Part shown: positions 9,211 through 18,062 of the stretch, piece by piece
Layout of the letters: each line of letters begins with the position of its first letter
How positions within the stretch are numbered: the stretch's first letter is position 1
Notes under the pieces: generated by a model
Told to the model about the DNA's origin: nothing
Database searches by the model: none
The model's input: the letters and a program-made list of their open reading frames with translations, nothing else
Made by a program: the position numbers and the translations under genes
Origin: Pasteurella multocida
Lineage (GTDB): Bacteria; Pseudomonadota; Gammaproteobacteria; Enterobacterales; Pasteurellaceae
Reading direction: 5' to 3'
Assembly (NCBI RefSeq): GCF_900187275.1
Contig: NZ_LT906458.1
Coordinates: 600,001 to 632,000 of the forward strand
Length of the DNA stretch: 32,000 nt

Positions 9211-10890
9211 ATGTTTATCACCATCGTCACGTTTCTCCTCGTAACGGGAATTGTGGCATTTATTTCATGGAAAAAAACCAAAAATGATGATTTAAGCACG
9301 TCTAAAGGTTATTTCTTAGCTGGACGGGGATTAAGTGGTCTCGTTATTGGTTGTTCAATGGTATTAACATCATTATCAACGGAGCAATTAATTGGTGTTA
9401 ACGCTGTTTCTTATAAAGGTAATTTCTCAATTATTGCTTGGACAGTGCAATCTGTTATTCCATTATGTTTCTTAGCACTTTATTTATTGCCTAAATATAT
9501 CAAAAACGGTTATACCACTATTCCAGAATTTTTTGAGAATCGTTTTGACCGTCAAACGCGCTTAATTATGTCTGCGCTCTTTTTGGTATTTTATCTCTTT
9601 ATTGTTATTCCAACCGCACTTTATACGGGAGCGATTGCTTTTAATAAAATTTTTAATTTAGAGACCGTTTTTGGAATTAGCTATGGTCAATCAATTGTTT
9701 ATACAGTAATCGCAATTGGTGTGGTCGGCGCAATTTATGCTATTTTTGGTGGTTTAAAAGCAGTTGCGGTATCAGATACAGTAAATGCGGTGCTTTTAGT
9801 CGTGGGTGCATTATTAGTCCCAATCTTCGCCTTAATTCATTTAGGTGATGGTAGTATCGCCGCAGGTTTTAAAACGATCACAACAACACATGTGGAAAAA
9901 TTCAATGCGATTGGTGGTGCAGAAGATGCAGTACCTTGGCCAGCGATTTTTACAGGTATTTTGATTGTGAATTTCTTCTATTGGACCACGAATCAAGCGA
10001 TTGTACAACGTGCGTTAGGGGCGCGAGATTTAAAATCAGGTCAAAAAGGGATTCTCCTTGCTGCATTATTCCTCTTAACATTACCATTAATTCTTAATTT
10101 ACCGGGCTTATTAAGTTTCCATATTCTTGGCGAAGGGCTAAATCCTATTGATACCTCTTATCCAGCCTTAGTCAATCGTGTATTACCAACTTTCTTACAA
10201 GGTTTCTTCATTGCAGCATTATTTGGCGCAATTTTGAGTACATTTAACTCTTTCTTAAACTCTGCTGCAACGATTTATTGTAAGGACTTATTACCGTCAA
10301 TCAGTAAAAAACAACGCACAGAAAAAGAACTAATTTTGCATGCGAAAAAAGTCTCTGCGATTATGGCAGTATTGACAATGATTATTGGTCCTTTATTAAT
10401 GTTCGGTACAGACGGGATTTTCTTATTAACCAAACGCTTTGCAGGTTTTGTAAACATTCCAATTGTGGCGTTATTTGCAGTCGGTTTATTTAATAAAACA
10501 GTTTCAGGTTTAGCAGCTCGTATTGCTTTATTGTTACATGTTATTTTATATTTCTCTATCGTTTGGGTGTTCCAAGTGAAAGTCAATTTCGTGTACGTAA
10601 TGGCAGCATTGTTCGTCTTTGATGTCGTTGTGATGCTAGTATTAGGTCAATTCTTAAAACGCGAACCATACGAAGAAAGTAAAGAAAATAAAGAAGGTGT
10701 TGATTTAACCAACTGGGAACATGCTCGTGTCACCGTGGCATCATTAGTGTTAGGTTTGATTTCCTTACACGTCTTACTTTCGCCACTCGGTTTAGCTTCA
10801 ACAGAAGGTCAACCACTCTTAATTTTAGGTATTTATGCGATCTTACAAGTGATTTTCCTATTTGTATTTCGCAGTAAAAAAGAGGTTTAA
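9211..10890 (+). CDS. Sodium:solute symporter (SSS family), YidK-like
   Basis: Multi-TM protein with SSS features ([37 protein letters not shown]; [17 protein letters not shown]; [23 protein letters not shown]). Directly upstream of a sulfatase gene, as in E. coli yidK/yidJ. Confidence 0.88.
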   Translation: MFITIVTFLLVTGIVAFISWKKTKNDDLSTSKGYFLAGRGLSGLVIGCSMVLTSLSTEQLIGVNAVSYKGNFSIIAWTVQSVIPLCFLALYLLPKYIKNGYTTIPEFFENRFDRQTRLIMSALFLVFYLFIVIPTALYTGAIAFNKIFNLETVFGISYGQSIVYTVIAIGVVGAIYAIFGGLKAVAVSDTVNAVLLVVGALLVPIFALIHLGDGSIAAGFKTITTTHVEKFNAIGGAEDAVPWPAIFTGILIVNFFYWTTNQAIVQRALGARDLKSGQKGILLAALFLLTLPLILNLPGLLSFHILGEGLNPIDTSYPALVNRVLPTFLQGFFIAALFGAILSTFNSFLNSAATIYCKDLLPSISKKQRTEKELILHAKKVSAIMAVLTMIIGPLLMFGTDGIFLLTKRFAGFVNIPIVALFAVGLFNKTVSGLAARIALLLHVILYFSIVWVFQVKVNFVYVMAALFVFDVVVMLVLGQFLKREPYEESKENKEGVDLTNWEHARVTVASLVLGLISLHVLLSPLGLASTEGQPLLILGIYAILQVIFLFVFRSKKEV

Positions 10891-10893
10891 ATA

Positions 10894-12339
10894 ATGAATA
10901 TTGTCTATATTCTCTTAGATCAAGTAAGGAAAGATATGCTTGGTGCTTACGGGCACCAAGTAGTTAAAACACCGAATATTGATAGACTTGCACAAGATGG
11001 TATTCGGTTTAATAATGCTTTTACGCCAGCTTCGGTTTGTGGACCTGCACGTACTTCTTTATTTACGGGATTAATGCCATCTTCACATGGCATTATCAAA
11101 AATGGAGAAAAAGGCGGAACTGGAGAAATTAGTCAACAAGCGCCCAATATTGCTAAATTAGCAGGCTATAATACTTATGTTGTGGGTAAATGGCATGTCG
11201 GAACCAAATCTGTGCCTGAAGATTATGATATCAAGGGACATAATTTTGATGGTTATGGTTATCCTGGAAGTGGCGTATATAAAAATTTGGTTTTCAATCA
11301 ACCGCCTACACATTCTAACCGTTATAAAGAATGGTTAGAGGAAAAAGGCTTTGAATTTCCTGAAGTAAGCAAAGCGTATTTTGGCGATAATCCGCATTTA
11401 CGGGTACAAGAACTTTGTGGTTTTTTATCAGGGACGAAAGAACAAACCATTCCTTATTTCATCATTGATGAGGCGAAAAGATATATCCAAGAATCACTAG
11501 AGGAAAACAAGCCTTTCTTTACTTGGATTAACTTTTGGGGACCTCATACCCCTTGTATTGTGCCTGAACCATATTATTCGATGTATAGCAAAGATGATGT
11601 TGTATTGGATGAAAGTTTCTTTAAACCACTAGAAGGTAAACCGGGTCATTTCCGCACCATTTCTAAAATGTGGGGAATGTGGGAAGCAAGTGAAGATCAT
11701 TGGAAAGAAGTGATCACAAAATTCTGGGGCTATATTACTTTAATTGATGATGCGATTGGCGAGTTATTTGCTTTTCTTGAACAACACAATTTATATGAAA
11801 GCACCTTCTTAGTTGCTACGGCTGACCATGGTGATGCAATGGGCGCACATCGAATGATTGAAAAAGGGGAGTTCATGTTTGATACGACCTACAACATTCC
11901 TTTAATTATCAAAGATCCAAAATCGAGTCGCGTCAATGAACAAGATGATAACTTAGTTTATTTACATGATTTAACCTCTACTGTTTATGACATTGCAGAG
12001 CAAAAAATTCCAACCGAATTCCAAGGGGAAACGTTACTACCGATCACGCGTGAAAAACAACAAAATGACCGAAAAGGGATTTTAGCGCAACTTGCAGGGC
12101 ATTTTGTGTATTTTGAACAACGGATGTGGCGTCGTAAAGATTATAAATTGGTTTTTAATGCCACCGATGTGTGTGAACTTTACGATGTTCGTCGCGATCC
12201 GGAAGAAATGCACAATTTATTCTACGATGAACGTTATAAGGACGTAAAAAAAGAAATGCTTGAAGAAATGCGTGTGGAGATGAAACGCTTGGGTGATCCA
12301 TTGGAAAATTGGGTTTACCGAATTATTGATGAAATCTAA
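10894..12339 (+). CDS. Type I sulfatase (arylsulfatase/YidJ-like), Cys-type
   Basis: MNIVYILLDQVRKDMLGAYG metal-binding start and sulfatase signature CGPARTSLFTG (C-x-P-x-R); also VGKWHVG and ATADHGDAMGAH. Confidence 0.93.
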   Translation: MNIVYILLDQVRKDMLGAYGHQVVKTPNIDRLAQDGIRFNNAFTPASVCGPARTSLFTGLMPSSHGIIKNGEKGGTGEISQQAPNIAKLAGYNTYVVGKWHVGTKSVPEDYDIKGHNFDGYGYPGSGVYKNLVFNQPPTHSNRYKEWLEEKGFEFPEVSKAYFGDNPHLRVQELCGFLSGTKEQTIPYFIIDEAKRYIQESLEENKPFFTWINFWGPHTPCIVPEPYYSMYSKDDVVLDESFFKPLEGKPGHFRTISKMWGMWEASEDHWKEVITKFWGYITLIDDAIGELFAFLEQHNLYESTFLVATADHGDAMGAHRMIEKGEFMFDTTYNIPLIIKDPKSSRVNEQDDNLVYLHDLTSTVYDIAEQKIPTEFQGETLLPITREKQQNDRKGILAQLAGHFVYFEQRMWRRKDYKLVFNATDVCELYDVRRDPEEMHNLFYDERYKDVKKEMLEEMRVEMKRLGDPLENWVYRIIDEI

Positions 12340-12344
12340 TCGCT

Positions 12345-12375
12345 GAAAGGCGACATAGGTTCGCCTTTCTTTTCT
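12345..12375 (+). terminator. Intrinsic terminator after the sulfatase gene
   Basis: GAAAGGCGA (12345-12353) / TCGCCTTTC (12361-12369), 9-bp stem, 7-nt loop, then T-rich. Confidence 0.85.
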
Positions 12376-12393
12376 CCTCTGATTCACGTAAGG

Positions 12394-12440
12394 TAATGAG
12401 GTTAACGTTTTTTAGTGTTTTTTAAGCGTTAACCTCATTA
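12394..12440. repeat. 14-bp perfect inverted repeat upstream of the Crp-like regulator operon
   Basis: TAATGAGGTTAACG (12394-12407) and CGTTAACCTCATTA (12427-12440) separated by 19 bp of T-rich sequence. Confidence 0.85.
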
Positions 12441-12489
12441 TCTTGAAAGATTTAACCATGAAAAATAAATATCACATAAGAAGGAATAT

Positions 12490-13083
12490 ATGGACACGTC
12501 AATTGGACCAACCAATTTGCAGCATTGCCAACTGACTTATTTACATCAATTAGCTAAAGGGATGACGGTTTATCAACAAGGCGAGGTTGCACAAGAGTTT
12601 TATTTTGTCAAAGAAGGGCTAGTCGGTTTATATCATACTTTAGATAATGGTAAAGAGAGCTTAGTTCGCTTATATCGTCAGGGAGACTATTTTGGTTTTC
12701 GTACTTTGTTTGGATTAGGTGACAGTCGTTATCACTGTAGCGCAAAGATCTTAATTGAAGCAGAAGTTATTCGAATCAAGCCAGAAAACATCGATCTATT
12801 TTTCTTACATAATTTACAACTAAGCAAAGTCTTACTCCAAACGCTTGCCAATGAATTACGGGATGCTGAGCAACGATTAGCGAAAAGTGCCTATTTACGT
12901 ACTTTAGATCGTGTCATTGATAGTATGTGTTTTTTAACAAGTAATTTTCCGTATTATAACTGGACTTATCGAGAAATCGCCGAATACGCAGGTTGTGAAA
13001 CAGAAACCGCCATTCGTATTGCAAAAGAATTAAGGCAAAATGGCTTATTTACTGAATTATTACCTCATCACAAGGGAAAATAA
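12490..13083 (+). CDS. Crp/Fnr-family transcriptional regulator
   Basis: Cyclic-nucleotide-binding-like fold (GMTVYQQGEVAQEFYFVKEGLVGLYHTLDNGKESLVRLYRQGDYFGF) and C-terminal HTH (TYREIAEYAGCETETAIRIAKELRQNGL). AAGGAA upstream. Confidence 0.88.
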   Translation: MDTSIGPTNLQHCQLTYLHQLAKGMTVYQQGEVAQEFYFVKEGLVGLYHTLDNGKESLVRLYRQGDYFGFRTLFGLGDSRYHCSAKILIEAEVIRIKPENIDLFFLHNLQLSKVLLQTLANELRDAEQRLAKSAYLRTLDRVIDSMCFLTSNFPYYNWTYREIAEYAGCETETAIRIAKELRQNGLFTELLPHHKGK

Positions 13084-13095
13084 AAGGCGTGTAGT

Positions 13096-14229
13096 ATGGC
13101 ATTTTTCTCACCTAAAACGAATTTCCATTTGATGGCAAAACCAAGTAGTTTTCATTGTAATATTCAATGTGAATATTGTTTTTACCTAGAAAAAGAGCAC
13201 AGTTTTGGTTCAAAAGCCCCCTTCATGTCAGAACAAACGTTACGTAATTATGTGAAGAATTACATTGAATCACATGCAGGGCAACGCGTGGAATTTGCTT
13301 GGCAAGGGGGAGAACCGACCTTATTAGGTTTAGATTTCTTCAAAAGAGCGGTCAGTTTTCAACAAGAATTTGCGAATGGTAAAACCATTACTAATGCCTT
13401 TCAAACTAACGGTATTGCCCTTAATCGCCAATGGGCAGCCTTTTTCAAACAACATCAGTTTTTAATTGGTTTATCTGTTGATGGACTCAGTGCCGTACAT
13501 AATCGTTACCGTATTACGAGTAACGGACAACCGACCTTTGATCGTGTAGTAAAAGCCTTAGCCTTATTAAAAGAATATCAAGTCGATTTTAATACCTTGA
13601 CGGTCGTTAATGATCAAAATTGGCATAAAGGAAAAGAAACTTATCTGGCTTTAAAAGCGTTAGGCTCTACCTTCATGCAGTTTATTCCTATTGTGGAACA
13701 GCATGCTGACCATCTACAGACATTCTCTGTTCCCTCGGAAGGTTACGGACATTTTTTGGTAGATGTGTTTAATGAATGGAAAAAACAAGATGTTGGACGT
13801 ATTTTCGTTTTGGAGTTTGATAATCTGCTAGGGCAATGGTTAGGTTATCCTTCTAGTAGTTGTATTCATCAGCCAACTTGTGGTAAATCGCTGGTTGTAG
13901 AAGCGAATGGCGATGTGTATTCTTGTGATCATTTTGTTTATCCCGAATATAAAATAGGTAACCTTAATCACGCCTCCCTTGCAGAACTTGTTCAATCGCC
14001 TAAACAATCTCATTTTGGTTTTGCGAAACAAGGTCAATTGACCCAAATTTGTCGCCAATGTGAATTCAAATCCTTTTGTCATGGGGGGTGTCCTAAGCAC
14101 CGAATTTCCTCAGTAGAAGGGGAGCATTTTAAGCACAATTATTTGTGTGCTTCTTATCAATATTTTTTCCGTCAGACAGCAGAAGACATGCAACAGATGA
14201 GCAATCAGATTCGTTTTGCTAAAACATAA
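13096..14229 (+). CDS. Anaerobic sulfatase-maturating enzyme (radical SAM, SPASM domain)
   Basis: CNIQCEYC (CxxxCxxC) radical SAM motif; AWQGGEPTLLG; C-terminal SPASM cysteines (CDHFVYPEYKIGN, CRQCEFKSFCHGGCPKHR). Confidence 0.93.
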   Translation: MAFFSPKTNFHLMAKPSSFHCNIQCEYCFYLEKEHSFGSKAPFMSEQTLRNYVKNYIESHAGQRVEFAWQGGEPTLLGLDFFKRAVSFQQEFANGKTITNAFQTNGIALNRQWAAFFKQHQFLIGLSVDGLSAVHNRYRITSNGQPTFDRVVKALALLKEYQVDFNTLTVVNDQNWHKGKETYLALKALGSTFMQFIPIVEQHADHLQTFSVPSEGYGHFLVDVFNEWKKQDVGRIFVLEFDNLLGQWLGYPSSSCIHQPTCGKSLVVEANGDVYSCDHFVYPEYKIGNLNHASLAELVQSPKQSHFGFAKQGQLTQICRQCEFKSFCHGGCPKHRISSVEGEHFKHNYLCASYQYFFRQTAEDMQQMSNQIRFAKT

Positions 14230-14250
14230 TAAAAAATGAAGGAGTCAATC

Positions 14251-15075
14251 ATGATCCAATATAAAAAGATTAAGCAAATTAGCCCTGAATTAACTTTATC
14301 TTACTATAACCAAATTCCCGTTTTAGAATTAAATCATCCTCATTTGGGAGAGGCTAAAGTTGCATTACAAGGTGCACAATTATTAAGCTGGAAACCTAAA
14401 AGTGAACAACAAGACATATTATGGTTAAGCCCAATAGAACCTTTTTTGCTCGGGCAAGCGATTCGCGGTGGGATACCTATTTGTTACCCTTGGTTTGGTG
14501 CAACGAAAAAGCCAATACATGGGACTGCTCGTTTAGCGTTATGGAAACTGGGCCATTTTGATATTGATATTGAACACGCTTGTATTGAGTTAGTGTTGTT
14601 AGACCAACAACATATTGTTGAAGCCAAAGTTGTGATGTTGTTTAGTGAAAAGTGCGAACTTATTTTTACGCATTATGGTAAACAAGCAGCACAAGCGGCA
14701 TTCCATACTTATTTTCATGTGGGCAATATTGAGCAAGTTGAGATAATGCATTTACCAACGGTTTGTTTCAACGCAGTGACACAACAACAAGAACAGGTGC
14801 CATCTTCTCGTCGTATTACACAACATACTGATTGTATTTATACGCTAGAAGCACCAACAAATTATATTCTCGATCATCAATTTAATCGCCAAATTGAAGT
14901 CACACATCAAAATGCGACAGAAACGGTTTTATGGAATCCATGGCATAGCGTCATGAGTGCAATGCAAGAGCAAGATTATCAAAATATGCTTTGTCTTGAA
15001 ACAGCTCGAATCTATCAGCTTTTGCATTTTGGTGAATCAATCCGTGTGACCTTAGCAAGGAAAAAATCAAACTAG
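14251..15075 (+). CDS. Aldose 1-epimerase / D-hexose-6-phosphate mutarotase family protein
   Basis: LLSWKPKSEQQDILWLSPIEPFLLGQAIRGGIPICYPWFG is typical of the family. The ATG at 14251 has AAGGAG upstream; the listed 14236 start lies before that Shine-Dalgarno. Confidence 0.88.
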   Translation: MIQYKKIKQISPELTLSYYNQIPVLELNHPHLGEAKVALQGAQLLSWKPKSEQQDILWLSPIEPFLLGQAIRGGIPICYPWFGATKKPIHGTARLALWKLGHFDIDIEHACIELVLLDQQHIVEAKVVMLFSEKCELIFTHYGKQAAQAAFHTYFHVGNIEQVEIMHLPTVCFNAVTQQQEQVPSSRRITQHTDCIYTLEAPTNYILDHQFNRQIEVTHQNATETVLWNPWHSVMSAMQEQDYQNMLCLETARIYQLLHFGESIRVTLARKKSN

Positions 15076-15197
15076 GGTTGTTGCATAAATACTTAAAATA
15101 CAGTAGAATTTCGTTCGTTTTTGTTCTTTTAGAACAACATAGACTTTTCTTCTGCTAAGCAGATGAACGCAAGATAAACTAATAGAGGAATACGACT

Positions 15198-15740
15198 ATT
15201 AAAACCGTAAAAAAAGCACCCGTAGCTAACCGTCCGAATCGCATTAATGATGAGATTCGAGTAAAAGAAGTTCGTTTGATTGACCAAGATGGCGAACAAG
15301 CAGGTATTGTATCAATTCAACAAGCCTTAGAAATGGCTGAGCAAGCAGAATTAGATCTTGTTGAGATTAGTCCAAACGCAGAGCCACCAGTGTGTCGCAT
15401 TATGAATTACGGTAAATTCCTATATGAAAAAGGAAAAGCGGCAAAAGAGCAGAAGAAAAAACAAAAAGTTGTTCAAGTGAAGGAAATTAAATTCCGTCCG
15501 GGTACAGATGAAGGCGACTATCAAGTGAAATTACGCAGCCTGATTCGTTTCTTGGAAGAGGGCGACAAAGCAAAAATTACTGTGCGTTTCCGTGGACGTG
15601 AGATGGCACACCAAGATATCGGGTTAGAAGTGTTAGAGCGCGTGAAAAACGATTTAGCTGAGATCTCCGTCGTTGAGTCCGCCCCTGGCAGACTTGAAGG
15701 CAGACAGGCTGTTATGGTACTTGCCCCGAAAAAGAAATAG
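15198..15740 (+). CDS. infC: Translation initiation factor IF-3, with AUU start codon
   Basis: In-frame extension from ATT at 15198: (M)[68 protein letters not shown]...; AGAGGA (15184-15189) precedes it. The ORF track start (15276) is an internal TTG. Confidence 0.95.
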   Translation: MKTVKKAPVANRPNRINDEIRVKEVRLIDQDGEQAGIVSIQQALEMAEQAELDLVEISPNAEPPVCRIMNYGKFLYEKGKAAKEQKKKQKVVQVKEIKFRPGTDEGDYQVKLRSLIRFLEEGDKAKITVRFRGREMAHQDIGLEVLERVKNDLAEISVVESAPGRLEGRQAVMVLAPKKK

Positions 15741-15746
15741 TTTTCT

Positions 15747-15788
15747 AAAAATGCAATCAAAATAACATTGATTGCATTTTTGCTTTTT
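15747..15788 (+). terminator. Intrinsic terminator immediately after infC
   Basis: AAAATGCAATCAA.../TTGATTGCATTTT, 14-bp stem (15747-15760 with 15768-15781), 7-nt loop AATAACA, followed by GCTTTTT. Confidence 0.8.
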
Positions 15789-15933
15789 ACCACTTCTCTT
15801 TATATTTAAAGCATAATGAGATTCGCTGTTGTCACTTTGAAGTGCGTTGTTTGAGCGCAAATGGTTTGACAAGCTATGATTGACAGATAAACAGCAAAAT
15901 CTTGCTCAATTTGAAAAAATGATTTGCTAAAGG

Positions 15934-15964
15934 CAGACGAATTCTATAGAATTCGTCTGTTTTT
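15934..15964 (+). terminator. 26-bp perfect palindrome followed by a T run (terminator/attenuator candidate)
   Basis: CAGACGAATTCTATAGAATTCGTCTG (15934-15959) followed by TTTTT. Confidence 0.7.
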
Positions 15965-15986
15965 CGTTATGAAAAACTCAAAATGG

Positions 15987-16106
15987 ATCAGGCAAACTAC
16001 GCAGCCTGATTATTTTAGAGAGAATAGCCTGAAATACGGTTACTCAAAGTAAGAAATATTCAGTGCTTTACAAGTAATCTCTTCGGAAATTCGCCTGAAT
16101 ATCGGT
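15987..16106 (+). promoter_or_regulatory. Candidate L20-responsive leader of rpmI-rplT
   Basis: ATCAGGC (15987-15993) pairs with GCCTGAT (16004-16010). GCCTGA recurs in GCCTGAAATACGGT (16029-16042) and GCCTGAATATCGGT (16093-16106), just before rpmI. Confidence 0.5.
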
Positions 16107-16137
16107 GTTTAACAAAACAATGCGGAGTTATTAAACA

Positions 16138-16335
16138 ATGCCTAAAATTAAAACAGTACGTGGTGCTGCGAAGCGTTTCAAAAAAACAGCTTCTGGCGGT
16201 TTCAAACGTAAACAATCTCACTTACGTCATATTTTGACTAAAAAGACAACTAAGCGTAAACGTCATTTACGTCATAAATCCATGGTTGCGAAAGCAGACC
16301 AAGTTTTAGTAGTAGCGTGCTTACCATACGCATAA
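16138..16335 (+). CDS. rpmI: 50S ribosomal protein L35
   Basis: [45 protein letters not shown]. Confidence 0.98.
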
Positions 16336-16402
16336 GCTGCGTTTTAAGTACAGTCGTACGATTAGTTAAATTTTATTTCAAATTAAGACAATAGGAGATT
16401 AA

Positions 16403-16759
<357 letters not shown>

Positions 16760-16783
16760 TTTAAAGTCAGGTATATTAAGATT

Positions 16784-16808
16784 AGGGCGCGCTCTCGCGT
16801 CCTTTTTT
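16784..16808 (+). terminator. Intrinsic terminator after rplT
   Basis: AGGGCGCG CTCT CGCGTCCT followed by a T run. Confidence 0.85.
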
Positions 16809-17010
16809 ATGCCTGTTGTTTAAGGATTCGCAGGTTTATTCGTAATGTATTCACCCATTTCCCTTCTTTCCTCATACACCTCATTCTTATTGCGAAATGA
16901 ATGCTGTTTTACAATGCTGTTTTTTACTTCGTGTTATACGCTTCTAGCATCAAAGGCATGCGATACATTATATTTATTGATACAGCTAAAATAAGTATAC
17001 CTTTATTTTA

Positions 17011-17063
17011 ATACCTCAAAAGAGTTATATATTTATATTCATACCTAAAAAGAGGTATATATT
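17011..17063. repeat. Tandem 23-nt repeats, 30-bp period
   Basis: ATACCTCAAAAGAGTTATATATT (17011-17033) and ATACCTAAAAAGAGGTATATATT (17041-17063), 21/23 identical. A partial ATACCTTTATTTTA starts at 16997. Confidence 0.7.
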
Positions 17064-17457
17064 CTTTTCTTCTCTGTTAGTTGGTGAAAATAATTTAACT
17101 CCTCAAAGTGAGTTGTGTGATGATGATATTTTCACCCTTCGATCAATTTAATCCAACGCTTATTCAATAGCGTAGCGTTATATTCTGTTTTATATTTATA
17201 AACACCATCTTAAATTAATATTTTTTATTTTTAAATTATTTGCAAGGTAAGGATTGTCTTAATTTTGTTCTATTTTTTGTTCTATTTTGATTTATATTTA
17301 TTCTTTTAAAATATAAAATAAATAAAAGGCTTGTAATTTGTGGGGTGTTTTTAGTAGAATTCGTTTTGCATTTAATCTTGCAATAGGATTTTGTATTATT
17401 AAATATGTTTAAAGATAAATAATCAGTTGTATAAGTAAGAAGTTTAAGGAGTACTTA

Positions 17458-17849
17458 ATGAATTTATCTAAAATCGCAACAGGGATTGTTGTGTCATTTT
17501 GTTTAGTTACTAGCGCCTATTCTAATAGTTATCAATCTATGAGTTTAAAAGAAAAGGCTGAGATCGAAGAGAAGAAATGCGCTCAAGTTTTAACACGCGT
17601 TTAAATCATTTAAAACGAGATTTAAAACGTGGTCTTGCTACTCAATCCGCTTTAAATGGTTTATTCCAACCTTATTCCGTCGGTAAATTTAATCTCACAG
17701 CAGCCTTTGGTGGTTACCAATCTCAAACTGCCATTGCTATTGGTACAGGTTATCGTTTTAATGAAAGAATTGCCGCAAAAGCGGGAATCGCCAAAAGCGT
17801 GAAAGGTGCCGCGTTATCTTATAACGTTGGTGTGAACTATAAGTTTTAA
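17458..17849 (+). pseudogene. Small YadA-type (trimeric autotransporter) membrane anchor protein, apparently frameshifted
   Basis: Frame 1 from ATG 17458 (AAGGAG upstream) encodes a signal-peptide-like MNLSKIATGIVVSFCLVTSAYSNSYQ... ending at 17604. The 17577-17849 frame encodes [86 protein letters not shown], YadA-anchor-like with terminal Phe. Confidence 0.6.
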
Positions 17850-17920
17850 TCGTAAAAAGGAGTTTAACGAACAACATTAATATTATTTACCTCTAAACTA
17901 TCCCAAATTTATTCAAATAG

Positions 17921-17942
17921 CGCGCTACGTTTTCGTAGCGCG
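17921..17942 (+). terminator. GC-rich hairpin downstream of the YadA-anchor ORF
   Basis: CGCGCTACG TTTT CGTAGCGCG, 9-bp perfect stem; no strong T tract. Confidence 0.5.
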
Positions 17943-18062
17943 TTGATCCATAGTGATATAAATAATATAGTCTCAGCGATATAAATGGGACTTATGGGGA
18001 ATGAATGTTACTTAGTGGGATAGAGAAATTGTAAAAGAGTTTCAGTATGTGAAAAAGATTGA

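Noticed and set aside
15121-15163. Two small stem-loops upstream of infC (TTGTTCT-TTT-AGAACAA; TCTGC-TAA-GCAGA)
   Set aside because: Short AT-rich stems near the infC leader without clear regulatory context; could be chance.
15521-15872. Minus-strand ORFs of 90 and 72 aa over the infC 3' end
   Set aside because: Antisense to infC and crossing its terminator; not supported.
16138-16335. Complete thrS-infC-rpmI-rplT operon as in E. coli
   Set aside because: thrS is about 7.3 kb from infC with its own terminator, and infC is followed by its own terminator, so a single operon is not supported.
16810-17457. Possible small RNA gene or CRISPR-like array in the long AT-rich spacer
   Set aside because: Only two near-identical units plus a partial one and no spacer-repeat regularity; recorded as a tandem repeat instead.
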